From a virus, in IMG/VR virus record IMGVR_UViG_3300045738_002140, positions 32,001-96,000 of that record: 64,000 nucleotides of DNA; one strand, given 5' to 3'. The notes below the pieces were generated by a model. It had not been told where the DNA came from. It did no database searches and saw only the letters and a list, made by a program, of their open reading frames with translations. Position numbers and translations under genes: made by a program. Below, piece after piece: positions 9,220 to 17,882 of the stretch; positions within the stretch are counted from its first letter, which is position 1, and every line of letters starts with the position of its first letter.

Positions 9220-10718
9220 TATTCTAGAAGGAAGTCTCCGTCATCTTCGCTTATGTCTGAGACGTCTGCGACGCCATCTTCTCTTCTCACTATATCCTCT
9301 AATGTGCCCTTCTCTTCTACTTTAAAATTTCGTATATTAAAATTAAGATAATTTGGCTCTGCTCTTTGAGAGCCGTCTTCTAGGGTCCTTGTAACCATAT
9401 CTCTAAAGCCTGCCGCATCTCTCCCTTGGTATCTAGAGGCAACACATATTAATTTGTGTGTGCCGAAATCTACACCTGTCCTATTGTCTAGATGTTGTTC
9501 GTCTGCTGTCTTGCTTCTAAATATAAAAATATTTCCACCAAACCAAGCTAGTCTATCTGAGCCCGCCAAGGTGGACATATCATCGACAACCTGAGAGCCT
9601 CTTCGGCCCCTGTTCTCCGCTGTTCTGTTCAGTTGGTTGGCTGTCAAGAGGGCTGCCTCGGTTTCCATGCAGCAAGATTTGAGCAGGCTTATCTTGTCTC
9701 CTATGGCTTGGTATTCTTTGTTAAAATCAGACAAGTTTTCACTAGTTATTTTTAAATAGTCGTACACAACAAGGAAGGGGTTCCCTCTTCCTACGTGTTC
9801 ATATTTAAATCTTCTTATCAGGGAGCAAACCTTATCTGAAGACATGTTGCCAACATAGATATGAAAAATATCATGACCCTCCTTGAGGGCTTCGCAGCCT
9901 CTAACCTTTTTAACCATCTCTTCGTTTTTTCTCCAGTTGCCCGACTCGAGCCACCAAGGGTTAATGTCTGTAAGGGCTGCTGATCTTCTGAATTTAACCT
10001 CTTCCGTTGCCATCTCTGTGTCCAAAAAAAGGACCTTACAGTTATTAATTTTTGCGACCCCAAAGGCTACTTCGTTTAGGAATGTGCTTTTGCCCTGCTT
10101 TGGCCTAGAGGCGATTGCGAAAGCCTGCCCAATTCTTAGGCCACCATACAGTCGGTTAAGGCTTTTGAAGGGGGTCGCTAGGCCAATTTCCTTGACCGGA
10201 TTGTTGCCCCTGTCCTCTAGGAGATCGAGTAGGCCCTCCGTCAGCTTGACTGGCTCTTCGCTCTCCGTGTAGCTGTCTACCAGCTTATTGCAAATTTTAT
10301 CTGCGCTCTCTATGATCTGCGAGCACTCCTTGTCTCCATTTTTACGCATGGATTCTTTTAGCTCTTCCCCGATCTTTTCGTAGTCTCTTCTTAGGCTGTA
10401 TTTTTTAAGATCTTTTACCGATTGGATTACTGCACTCCTTTTGATTTGAGTGAAGGCTATGCCGTCTATGTACTCATAGATATCCAAGTCTCCGTTGTAT
10501 TTTATCCCCCAGTTTTTGAGCTGGTCGGCCAAAATTACCTTGTCTGCCTTCTCGTTTTTTAGAAGTGACTTTCTTAGGACACAGAAAATAGTATAATGAA
10601 CTTCGCTGAAAAAATCTGACTCTGATAGGAACTTATCGACCTCTGGGAAAACATCGGGATGATTGATTAAGCCGCCAAGAACATGCTTTTCTAGTTGTAG
10701 TGAATATATATTGCTCAT
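9219..10718 (-). CDS. dnaB: Replicative DnaB-type helicase
   Basis: N-terminal LEKHVLGGLI, ASRPKQGKS Walker A, DTEM, YDYLK, ANQLNR. Confidence 0.93.
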   Translation of the reverse strand: MSNIYSLQLEKHVLGGLINHPDVFPEVDKFLSESDFFSEVHYTIFCVLRKSLLKNEKADKVILADQLKNWGIKYNGDLDIYEYIDGIAFTQIKRSAVIQSVKDLKKYSLRRDYEKIGEELKESMRKNGDKECSQIIESADKICNKLVDSYTESEEPVKLTEGLLDLLEDRGNNPVKEIGLATPFKSLNRLYGGLRIGQAFAIASRPKQGKSTFLNEVAFGVAKINNCKVLFLDTEMATEEVKFRRSAALTDINPWWLESGNWRKNEEMVKKVRGCEALKEGHDIFHIYVGNMSSDKVCSLIRRFKYEHVGRGNPFLVVYDYLKITSENLSDFNKEYQAIGDKISLLKSCCMETEAALLTANQLNRTAENRGRRGSQVVDDMSTLAGSDRLAWFGGNIFIFRSKTADEQHLDNRTGVDFGTHKLICVASRYQGRDAAGFRDMVTRTLEDGSQRAEPNYLNFNIRNFKVEEKGTLEDIVRREDGVADVSDISEDDGDFLLE

Positions 10719-10787
10719 GTTTATGATAGCTCCGCGAAGGGATTGAATCTATCATTTTAAAGAGACAATGTGTCGCGGATCTATCAA

Positions 10788-10816
10788 AAGGTAAGATAAA
10801 AGACCAAAAAAGTCAA
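10788..10816 (-). promoter_or_regulatory. Sigma70-type promoter of the dnaB-primase-nuclease operon
   Basis: TTGACT-17-TACCTT, followed by a ~63-nt structured leader. Confidence 0.6.
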
Positions 10817-11106
10817 GCGAAATCATCGCCTTCTTCTGGCTCTCTTTCTTCGGGGTCGTCTTCTGGGTCTAGGTTTTCACTCAGGTCGAAAGATCTTGCT
10901 GTGAGCTCTATATTGAGGCCCTCCACAGCCTTCCCCCAGTTTTCAATGTAATATTGAAGGGCCATGGCGTATGTGGGATTGTCGAAGTCGCTATGGACTT
11001 GGGGTAACCCGTCGGTATCTAGGCTAAATAAAATATAACCGCCATTAGAGCATTCATTTATTTGGCCCAGTATCGCTTGGGGGAATACAAACTTTTTGTT
11101 GTCCAC
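10813..11106 (-). CDS. Hypothetical protein with acidic tail
   Basis: ORF in operon orientation; GTGTAAT motif just upstream. Confidence 0.7.
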   Translation of the reverse strand: MDNKKFVFPQAILGQINECSNGGYILFSLDTDGLPQVHSDFDNPTYAMALQYYIENWGKAVEGLNIELTARSFDLSENLDPEDDPEEREPEEGDDFA

Positions 11107-11120
11107 GACAACATTACACC

Positions 11121-11540
11121 CTAAAGAATGGAAACACTAAATGTTTTTAGTATGTATTCTGCTGATAATTTATTAATGTCTTCCTCTTCTATCTCTAGTA
11201 TTTTAAAATTATTTAATTCAAGCCACTCTCTTTTTTGGCAGTCTCTTTTAATTGAGTTAAGGTAGTTTGACGCAGAGTTTTTGTGGAAAAATTTATTGAA
11301 TTCACTGTGTTGTCTTCCTTGTACCTCGACGGCAATTTTTTTAGTTGCGTTTAGTATATCGACCTTCATCAACGTCCCGTACACAGGGAATTCTTCATAT
11401 ACAATTTGGTTTTTCCAGTAGGTTTTTAGGAATTGCTTAACTTTGAATTGTATTTTAGATCTGGATTTTTTGTTCCAGTCTATTAAAAACCTTGAAACAT
11501 TCCTGCTTCGTAGTTTTCCTTTTATGTCATACAGCCTCAT
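11121..11540 (-). CDS. DUF559/Vsr-like endonuclease
   Basis: EEFPV...VDIL...IAVEVQGRQH...RDCQKREWLELNNFKILEI. Confidence 0.75.
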   Translation of the reverse strand: MRLYDIKGKLRSRNVSRFLIDWNKKSRSKIQFKVKQFLKTYWKNQIVYEEFPVYGTLMKVDILNATKKIAVEVQGRQHSEFNKFFHKNSASNYLNSIKRDCQKREWLELNNFKILEIEEEDINKLSAEYILKTFSVSIL

Positions 11541-11545
11541 TAAAT

Positions 11546-11974
11546 TGGTGGAAGCGGCGGGAGTCGAACCCGCGTCTTTAAAGCCATCGGCTCAAATGTA
11601 CTACAAGCTTAGTCGGTGTTAATGCTCGCTTGGCGTGTCACCGACAAACGGCCTACGCGAGGTTGTAAGGGATGTATAAATTTTATACTGGGCTCCCTTA
11701 CGTGCTCCAGTTTTTTGCTCGCTATCGACGCCCTAGCTCCTTAACGAGCATCCAGAGTAGGACGGGGTAGGTTATTCTACCAGCAAGAGGGCTTCATCCT
11801 CTACAAAACCGAACTTGGCGAGAATCTCGTCAGCTTCGGCTAGTGAAGGGGCCATCTCCATGTCAACATTAGTGTTGGCATTTATGTTTTTTTGATAGAT
11901 GTTTTTAAGAGGCCAACCATCATCCTCTGCTTGCAATTTGGCGTAAGGTTCTAAATCGAATCCAGTACGCTCCC
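11546..11974 (-). ncRNA. ssrA: tmRNA (429 nt); tag reading frame 11879-11772
   Basis: 5' GGGAGCG pairs with 3' CGCTTCC-ACCA (G3:U70 alanine identity); GGATTCGA near the 5' end; T-arm GCGGGTTCGACTCCCGC; ATAAAT-GCC resume context followed by a 35-codon frame. Confidence 0.95.
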
Positions 11975-11981
11975 GTATATT

Positions 11982-12009
11982 ATTATACACAATTATTTAT
12001 TTTCGTCAA
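11982..12009 (-). promoter_or_regulatory. tmRNA promoter
   Basis: TTGACG-16-TATAAT, 7 nt upstream of the mature 5' G; overlaps a GTGTAT variant of the recurrent motif. Confidence 0.75.
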
Positions 12010-12024
12010 GTTCTTTTATTTACG

Positions 12025-12144
12025 TCATTTCCAGTTGTCTTTGTTCGTTAAGTCACTAATTTTTTTATTGCACCAAAGCAAAACTATGATGCCAACAATT
12101 ATATTAGCCACAAAGATAGTTACTCCTAGCTCTGCGTCGTCCAT
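12025..12144 (-). CDS. Small single-pass membrane protein (39 aa)
   Basis: Manual translation MDDAELGVTIFVANIIVGIIVLLWCNKK...; fills the gap in the operon. Confidence 0.5.
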   Translation of the reverse strand: MDDAELGVTIFVANIIVGIIVLLWCNKKISDLTNKDNWK

Positions 12145-12146
12145 AA

Positions 12147-12473
12147 TTACTCTCCCCGGCTAAGAGTTTTGCCGTAGTCAATCAGGTAAAGGTCGTGCGT
12201 TGCCGCCGCAGTCTCGTCGATGATGTCTGCAAATTCAAACATCTCAATCGCTGGCATGTTGTTCTCGCCGTACTTACCGGCTGGCAAGTCCGAATACTTC
12301 GGCACAACGCCTTCGCGGAGCAACGCAATCTTCTTTGCGCTATCTCTGTTGTTCATGGCCTCCATGCCATCATTGGACAGGTCGAGTTCTTTGACTCTTG
12401 TCTGTGTTTCTGCGATATTTTTTTCAAGTCGCTTGATATGGTTGCTAAAAGCAATTTCTGTTTTGTTGTTCAT
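12147..12473 (-). CDS. Hypothetical protein
   Basis: ORF in operon orientation with an N-terminal coiled coil. Confidence 0.65.
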   Translation of the reverse strand: MNNKTEIAFSNHIKRLEKNIAETQTRVKELDLSNDGMEAMNNRDSAKKIALLREGVVPKYSDLPAGKYGENNMPAIEMFEFADIIDETAAATHDLYLIDYGKTLSRGE

Positions 12474-12483
12474 AAATTATTGG

Positions 12484-13251
12484 TTAAACCGTTCTTACCC
12501 CTCTCTTTGAGACCACTTTTGTCGCACACTCATTGGCGTAGTTTATCGCTGTTTCTGCATCACCCACCCTTGTCATGGATACTGCTAGTGCAGCTAGGAA
12601 TGTGTCTCCTGCGCCCGACAAATCTTGAGTGACTACTTTCTCTGGTGGCGGATATATTTTACCCATATATTTGCACCCTTTATGCCCTAGGGTTACAATT
12701 ATTTGGTCTGGCCTAGTATAAGTTGATGTCTCCGCTCTGTCTGGTATTAAGTGGTGCCTTAAGTGGGGATTAACTTCAAGCTCGTGCTCGTTTATTTTTA
12801 GAAACTTCAAATTAACAGGCAAATCACAGCGGAGTTTAACTTTGTTGCTATCTAAATAAACATTATCATGATATTGGCATATATCCCTAATGCCACACCT
12901 GCGAAGAAATCCCTTGCCGTAGTCTGAAACTAAAACTGCATCATATTCGCCCCAAGGTACATTTTTGTAACTAAACTCGTCTTCAGCGGCGTCATTTTCG
13001 TCTATTCGAAGTAACATTTGATTTGTTTTAATGTCCACATACCTAGTCTTAAGTATTTCATTAGACTGAGTGATCAGGTCGCATTCTACTCCAAGCGCTT
13101 TTACATTTGCTTGCACATTGGCCGCCATGCCGCCATTGGTTTTCTCTTTTACAGGGACAAATACCGGGACAGGAGCCTCTGGGCACATCCTGTCACATTT
13201 GCCGTAAATAAATATGTCTTTGCAGCTATCTCCTATTGCTAGAAATTTCAT
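12484..13251 (-). CDS. PfkB-family kinase, RfaE/HldE domain I-like
   Basis: RMCPEAPVPV, GMAANV, SDYGKG, DLSGAGDTF. Confidence 0.9.
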   Translation of the reverse strand: MKFLAIGDSCKDIFIYGKCDRMCPEAPVPVFVPVKEKTNGGMAANVQANVKALGVECDLITQSNEILKTRYVDIKTNQMLLRIDENDAAEDEFSYKNVPWGEYDAVLVSDYGKGFLRRCGIRDICQYHDNVYLDSNKVKLRCDLPVNLKFLKINEHELEVNPHLRHHLIPDRAETSTYTRPDQIIVTLGHKGCKYMGKIYPPPEKVVTQDLSGAGDTFLAALAVSMTRVGDAETAINYANECATKVVSKRGVRTV

Positions 13252-13658
13252 TTTAATTTATTTATACACACTTTTTTTCTGAGGGCTGAGGTTGACCAGT
13301 CATGGCTTCTCCTATGATAATATATATCAATGTTCAAAAAATCTCCAGTAAATTTTTTTCCTTCATAGTCGCTTCCTAGTATTCTGATGTCTGGCTCGAG
13401 TATTTTGAGCCATTCTATTAGTTCTTTTTCTGTGTTGTATACTACGACTTCGTCAACATAGCGTATCGCTTCAAGCTGAATCATTCTCTCGGGAAAAGAT
13501 TGTATGGGTTTGTTTTTTTCTGGCCTGTCTATGGTGGGGTCTGTCTGTAGCGCAACGATAAGGTGGTCACACTGAAGGCAGGCGTCTTTTAGCATCAGGC
13601 AATGACCCGCGTGCAGCATGTCGAAGCAGCTGGCAACTATACCAACCTTAGTGCTCAC
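13248..13658 (-). CDS. Cytidylyltransferase (TagD-like)
   Basis: FDMLHAGH (HxGH), KPIQSFPER, RSHDWSTSALR. Confidence 0.9.
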   Translation of the reverse strand: MSTKVGIVASCFDMLHAGHCLMLKDACLQCDHLIVALQTDPTIDRPEKNKPIQSFPERMIQLEAIRYVDEVVVYNTEKELIEWLKILEPDIRILGSDYEGKKFTGDFLNIDIYYHRRSHDWSTSALRKKVCINKLK

Positions 13659-13685
13659 TTTTTTCCTTGTATATTATTCATATTA

Positions 13686-13759
13686 TGGAGCGAGCGAAGG
13701 GGATCGAACCCTCATCAAGAGCTTGGAAGGCTCCCGCACTACCGTTGTGCTACACTCGC
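13686..13759 (-). tRNA. tRNA-Gly(UCC)
   Basis: Cloverleaf GCGAGTG...CGCTCGC-T-CCA; anticodon loop CTTCCAA; GTTCGA T-loop. Confidence 0.96.
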
Positions 13760-14190
13760 TATATTTTTTTAAGTCCTGTGTATTCTGAGGAGGAGCGAAT
13801 CTTTTGTCCTAGTCCATCAACCATTTCTATTTTTAATTCTTTGCATACTTTTGCTTCTGGTATTTCTTCTTCTGTTCTGTCTCCTCCATTAGCAAAAATA
13901 TCAGGCTTGCATAGCCTGAGCGATTCGCAAACTGTTTGGTCTTCGTCAACAGCAAGGAATGCTTCGTCTACGCACCTGAGGGCACGGACTATCTTAAGGC
14001 GATCCTCTTCTTTCATAAATGATTTACCTTTCTTTAGGGAAGCCTGTTTGTCTGTGTTAACTATGACTACGAGCTTAGTAAAGAAGGGCTTGTCTCCTAA
14101 GGCTGCTGCTTGTTCAAGATATTCTAGGTGTCCCACGTGGAGGGGGTCAAAGTAGCCGCTTACTGCGATGGTTATAAGTCTTGCTTCCAT
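13759..14190 (-). CDS. Cytidylyl/adenylyltransferase (HxGH family)
   Basis: SGYFDPLHVGH, FANGGDR, KIRSSS. Likely start is MEARL at 14190 rather than the track's 14292. Confidence 0.9.
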   Translation of the reverse strand: MEARLITIAVSGYFDPLHVGHLEYLEQAAALGDKPFFTKLVVIVNTDKQASLKKGKSFMKEEDRLKIVRALRCVDEAFLAVDEDQTVCESLRLCKPDIFANGGDRTEEEIPEAKVCKELKIEMVDGLGQKIRSSSEYTGLKKI

Positions 14191-14195
14191 AATGT

Positions 14196-15293
14196 TCACG
14201 CTACGTCTTTCACTATTGAATCTATAGTTGCGTTTGTTACTTGAGGCATGCAGATGAGGTGGGCGGTGTTCTTCTCTACTGCTAGTTTCCATTTTCTGCT
14301 AATTTTTTCATCTGGCCTAGGGAAAACTACTGTAATCGCGTGGTCATTTTTCCAAGCTTTCACCCCTGCTTCGTTAAACTTTGAAACAGCATACTCTGCG
14401 GTTCTTGTGCACCGCCTGACTATTCTTTTGAAGCCGTTGAAGCCGTGTTTTTTTATAGCATACCATAAGAGAATGGGGGTGAACCCATTTCTCGAGCCGC
14501 TGAGTGTACTGTCTAATGAGCCCACATACTCTACATCCCTAGAAACCCTGCCGACGTTACTTTTAAGTGCAAGAACTACGCCGCAGGGAATAGGCGAACC
14601 TATAAATTTGTGTCCACTTATGGATATGCTTTGAACCCCTGTTGTAAAATCAAATTTAGGAGAGCCCTCAATGAAGGGCAGCGTCATCCCTGCTAGGGCC
14701 GCATCAACATGTATATAATATTCCGGTATTGCTAATTGTTCTAGTACCTTTTTTATTTCTGTTATATCGTCGAACCCCTCTTTCATTGTCGTGCCTATGT
14801 TTGCAAAAATAACAGGAGGTGCAGAGCGCCAAGTGGAGAGCATGTTCCTGAAGTCGTCATAATCCATTTCTCCGTTACGTCTTGATTTAATCATGACGTT
14901 TTCCATGTTCAATACCCTTATGTTTTTGCTCACGCTATAGTGGGTGTCTTGGGAATAGTAGACTACCCCCTTGGGGTAAAGTTCCCTAGCTAAGTAAAGT
15001 CCATATAAATTGCCTTCCGTTCCACCATTGGTAACATATCCCCAGTAATTATCAGAAGGAGCGTTGTGAAGCTCTGCGAACCAATGCAGCACCTCTTGTT
15101 CGAATTCTCTGGAGTCTAGCCCATAGTAGCTTGAGGAAAATGGGTCTCCTACATTGTTAAGGGGGATAGACAAAAAATCAGATAGCTCAGAATAATCAAA
15201 AGAAGTATTTACAGGGTATCCTATAAACTTTTCTTTTTCTTCCTTCAAGCTTTCGTAAAACTTTTTAAGTTTTTTTATATCTGATTTGTTCAT
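14196..15293 (-). CDS. PLP-dependent group II decarboxylase (histidine/serine decarboxylase family)
   Basis: GYPVN, NNVGDPF, WGYVTNGGTEGN, HVDAAL, SGHKF (PLP lysine), GSRNG. Confidence 0.92.
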   Translation of the reverse strand: MNKSDIKKLKKFYESLKEEKEKFIGYPVNTSFDYSELSDFLSIPLNNVGDPFSSSYYGLDSREFEQEVLHWFAELHNAPSDNYWGYVTNGGTEGNLYGLYLARELYPKGVVYYSQDTHYSVSKNIRVLNMENVMIKSRRNGEMDYDDFRNMLSTWRSAPPVIFANIGTTMKEGFDDITEIKKVLEQLAIPEYYIHVDAALAGMTLPFIEGSPKFDFTTGVQSISISGHKFIGSPIPCGVVLALKSNVGRVSRDVEYVGSLDSTLSGSRNGFTPILLWYAIKKHGFNGFKRIVRRCTRTAEYAVSKFNEAGVKAWKNDHAITVVFPRPDEKISRKWKLAVEKNTAHLICMPQVTNATIDSIVKDVA

Positions 15294-15369
15294 GGCACTC
15301 TCGCTGGGACTCGAACCCAGAACCCTCTGTTTAGAAGACAGATGCTCTATCCAATTGAGCTACGAGAGC
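15293..15369 (-). tRNA. tRNA-Arg(UCU)
   Basis: Cloverleaf GCTCTCG...CGAGAGT-G-CCA; anticodon loop CTTCTAA. Confidence 0.96.
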
Positions 15370-15378
15370 ATAATCTTC

Positions 15379-16467
15379 TTAGAACTTTTTGAGGGTTTCT
15401 CTAAATTTATGAAATAAATATTTTCCTATCTCTTTGTTCTCCTCAAGGTATTTGCTAAAATTGTCTATGCCTTGGTGCTGTTTTCTGAACTCTAGTTCTG
15501 TTTTTTCTTTAACTTCTTCTATTATCTCGTCTGAGATGGTCACCCATGCCCCTTTGGCTGTGGCCATCCCCCACATAAGCATCATGTCTGCCACTTCTTT
15601 TTCTACCCAAATACTTTTTCCGTTTTTTCTTTCGTATCGAATGGGGTATCTTACGCCCACTCCTGTTTTTTCATTAGGGGTTTTCCTGAAAATAACTTTG
15701 CACCAATGACCAAGCTTGTCCCCTTTTCCGTTCGGCTGGGTAGAAATAATATCTTTAAGATAGCGTGGTTGAAACTCTAAAATCCAATCACTGTAATGCA
15801 ACATAGCGTTACCTCCGGATGCATTCGTCACTTGAGGGTCGGACTTTTCATAGGGATTAATTTTGATTGTGCTTCTTACTTGGGATATCATGTAGCAAAT
15901 GTGGCCTCTGGTTGATAAGCCGAGGGCCATTCTCCTAAGGAAGTCAGAGCTCAGTAGTGCGCCCCCGCCTACTTTTAGGGCCTCTTCTGATCCTTTTTCT
16001 AAGTCTCCACGAGGGATGAGGGAATCCATGGAATCTATGATAAACATATATCGAGTATCTGATGGGTTGTCTTTGACCATCTGGCGCATAAGGTTTATTA
16101 CTGTTTCATAAACATTAGATTTAAACACAAACCATTTCTCTGGGGAAGTGTCTATGCCCATTCTTTCTATAAGGTCTTGGGATAATCTTCCTTCCGCTTT
16201 CACGTAGATGACCATGCTGTTTTCCATCTTCTGAAAGTTCTTGGCGAAGGCGAGACCACAGGAGGTTTTCCCCCCCTCGGTGACTCCTGTGGCTCGCACA
16301 ACGCCGGGCTTTATCCCGCCCCCCATTTCGATATCTAGCAAAAGACTTCCGCTAGATACCGCATAGATTCTTTCTTCTTCAAAATTATAATGATCCCCTT
16401 TATGCTGTTCAAGGTACGCGTCGATTTGCTGGAGGGGCGTAATATTATCTGTTTTCTTTTTTGTCAT
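15379..16467 (-). CDS. recA: RecA/UvsX-like recombinase
   Basis: SSGSLLLDIEMGGG, GGKT Walker A, IIDS Walker B, ISQVR, SGGNAMLHY. Confidence 0.9.
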   Translation of the reverse strand: MTKKKTDNITPLQQIDAYLEQHKGDHYNFEEERIYAVSSGSLLLDIEMGGGIKPGVVRATGVTEGGKTSCGLAFAKNFQKMENSMVIYVKAEGRLSQDLIERMGIDTSPEKWFVFKSNVYETVINLMRQMVKDNPSDTRYMFIIDSMDSLIPRGDLEKGSEEALKVGGGALLSSDFLRRMALGLSTRGHICYMISQVRSTIKINPYEKSDPQVTNASGGNAMLHYSDWILEFQPRYLKDIISTQPNGKGDKLGHWCKVIFRKTPNEKTGVGVRYPIRYERKNGKSIWVEKEVADMMLMWGMATAKGAWVTISDEIIEEVKEKTELEFRKQHQGIDNFSKYLEENKEIGKYLFHKFRETLKKF

Positions 16468-16838
16468 TTTTTCTTAATCATGAATTCCATCAGGTTGGAC
16501 GGGGGGAGCTTGACTTCTGCGTCTTCTCCGATTTTTGTAGCATTAAGTTTAACTTCTGCTATTTTTTGAAGTGGAGCTTGGGCCCCTTTCATCTTCTGAG
16601 AGTGTTGACATAGGGACATGTTCCCCTCTGTTGTCAGAAACCAAGAAAGAGACGTGGGCCTTTCTTCGATGTATAGGGTTTTCCAGAACTTTTTTTCTGG
16701 GAATTTTTGGAGTAGCTTTTTGGCTATTTTAATTTCTTTTGGCCAATTTATGTTGTTCGCAGAATCGTCCCACCTAGTTTTGGAGACCAGCTTAGATACT
16801 ATCATTTTGCATTTTTGATGATTTGTTAGTTCAGCCAT
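16464..16838 (-). CDS. Hypothetical protein
   Basis: Overlaps both neighbours in operon fashion. Confidence 0.7.
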   Translation of the reverse strand: MAELTNHQKCKMIVSKLVSKTRWDDSANNINWPKEIKIAKKLLQKFPEKKFWKTLYIEERPTSLSWFLTTEGNMSLCQHSQKMKGAQAPLQKIAEVKLNATKIGEDAEVKLPPSNLMEFMIKKK

Positions 16839-17880
16839 CTAGTAGTCCTATGTCATATAGTACCATAGTTTTAACCAGATTGTCAAATGAAACTTTGGGT
16901 TTCCAGCCTAGTTCCTCGCGTATTGGGGAGGAGTCTCCAAGCAGAAGCTCTACGTCTGCTGGCCTATAAAACTTTTTGTTTATTTTCAACAAAGTGACTG
17001 AATCAGTGTTGCTTTCTTCATTTAGATTATAAGTTTCATTTAGGCCTTCCCCTTGCCAGTGGCCGTATATGTTGGCCGTTTCAAAGGCAAGCTCTACGAA
17101 TTCTCTGATCGAGTGCGCTTCTCCGCTTGACAGTATATAATCTTTAGGTTTGTCTTGGTTAAGCATTAGCCAAACACCTTCAACAAAGTCTCTGCTGTCG
17201 CTCCAGTCTCGCTTTGCGTCTAGGTTGCCGAGCTCTAACGGGGTGATTGATTCTCCGTTTTCTATTTGTTTGTTTATTCTTGCGACCGATTTAGTTATCT
17301 TTCTTGTCACAAACTCCTCGCCCCTTTTTGTCCCTTCGTGATTAAATAGAATGCCATGAATGGCATACAGGTTGTGGGACTCCTTGTAAACTTTGACTAA
17401 GTGTCTTGCTGCAGCCTTAGATGCACCGTATGGGCTTCTGGGTTTTATGGGGTGGTTTATGTCTTGCGGAGAGTAGTCTACGTCCCCCCATTCTTCGCTG
17501 CTTCCTGCGCTGTAAAAGCGGCAGTTGTCCTTGAACTTACGAAGGCCCTCTAGGCATCTAAGGACACCTATGGCGTTCACGTCCATGACTTGAAACGGCA
17601 TGTCCCAGCTGCAGCCAACGAAAGAGTTGGCCGCAAAGTTAACAAGGTAATCTGGTTGTATATCTTTTATAAGCCGGTCTATGCTAACGTCGTCAGAAAG
17701 ATCTCCATAAACAAGATGGAAATTAGCGTGGTCTTTAAAGGCTTGTATGTTGACGAAGTTAGGGTTAGCACTTCTGCGCATCATGCCGTAAACTTTTACG
17801 TCGGACACGTCTTGGAGTAGGTACTCCGCCATATTTGCCCCGTCTTGTCCGAGTATGCCTGTTATCAGTGCTTTTTTCAT
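16831..17880 (-). CDS. gmd: GDP-mannose 4,6-dehydratase
   Basis: ALITGILGQDG, PRSPYGASK, GILFNHE, FVTRKIT, LGNLDAKRDW. Confidence 0.96.
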   Translation of the reverse strand: MKKALITGILGQDGANMAEYLLQDVSDVKVYGMMRRSANPNFVNIQAFKDHANFHLVYGDLSDDVSIDRLIKDIQPDYLVNFAANSFVGCSWDMPFQVMDVNAIGVLRCLEGLRKFKDNCRFYSAGSSEEWGDVDYSPQDINHPIKPRSPYGASKAAARHLVKVYKESHNLYAIHGILFNHEGTKRGEEFVTRKITKSVARINKQIENGESITPLELGNLDAKRDWSDSRDFVEGVWLMLNQDKPKDYILSSGEAHSIREFVELAFETANIYGHWQGEGLNETYNLNEESNTDSVTLLKINKKFYRPADVELLLGDSSPIREELGWKPKVSFDNLVKTMVLYDIGLLDG

Positions 17881-17882
17881 GA

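Noticed and set aside
11772-11990. 72-aa ORF in the track
   Set aside because: It lies within the tmRNA and its promoter; only the 3' half is translated, as the tag.
13667-14155. 162-aa plus-strand ORF and the many other antisense ORFs in the track
   Set aside because: They are antisense to a tRNA or to genes with clear family motifs and have no motifs of their own.
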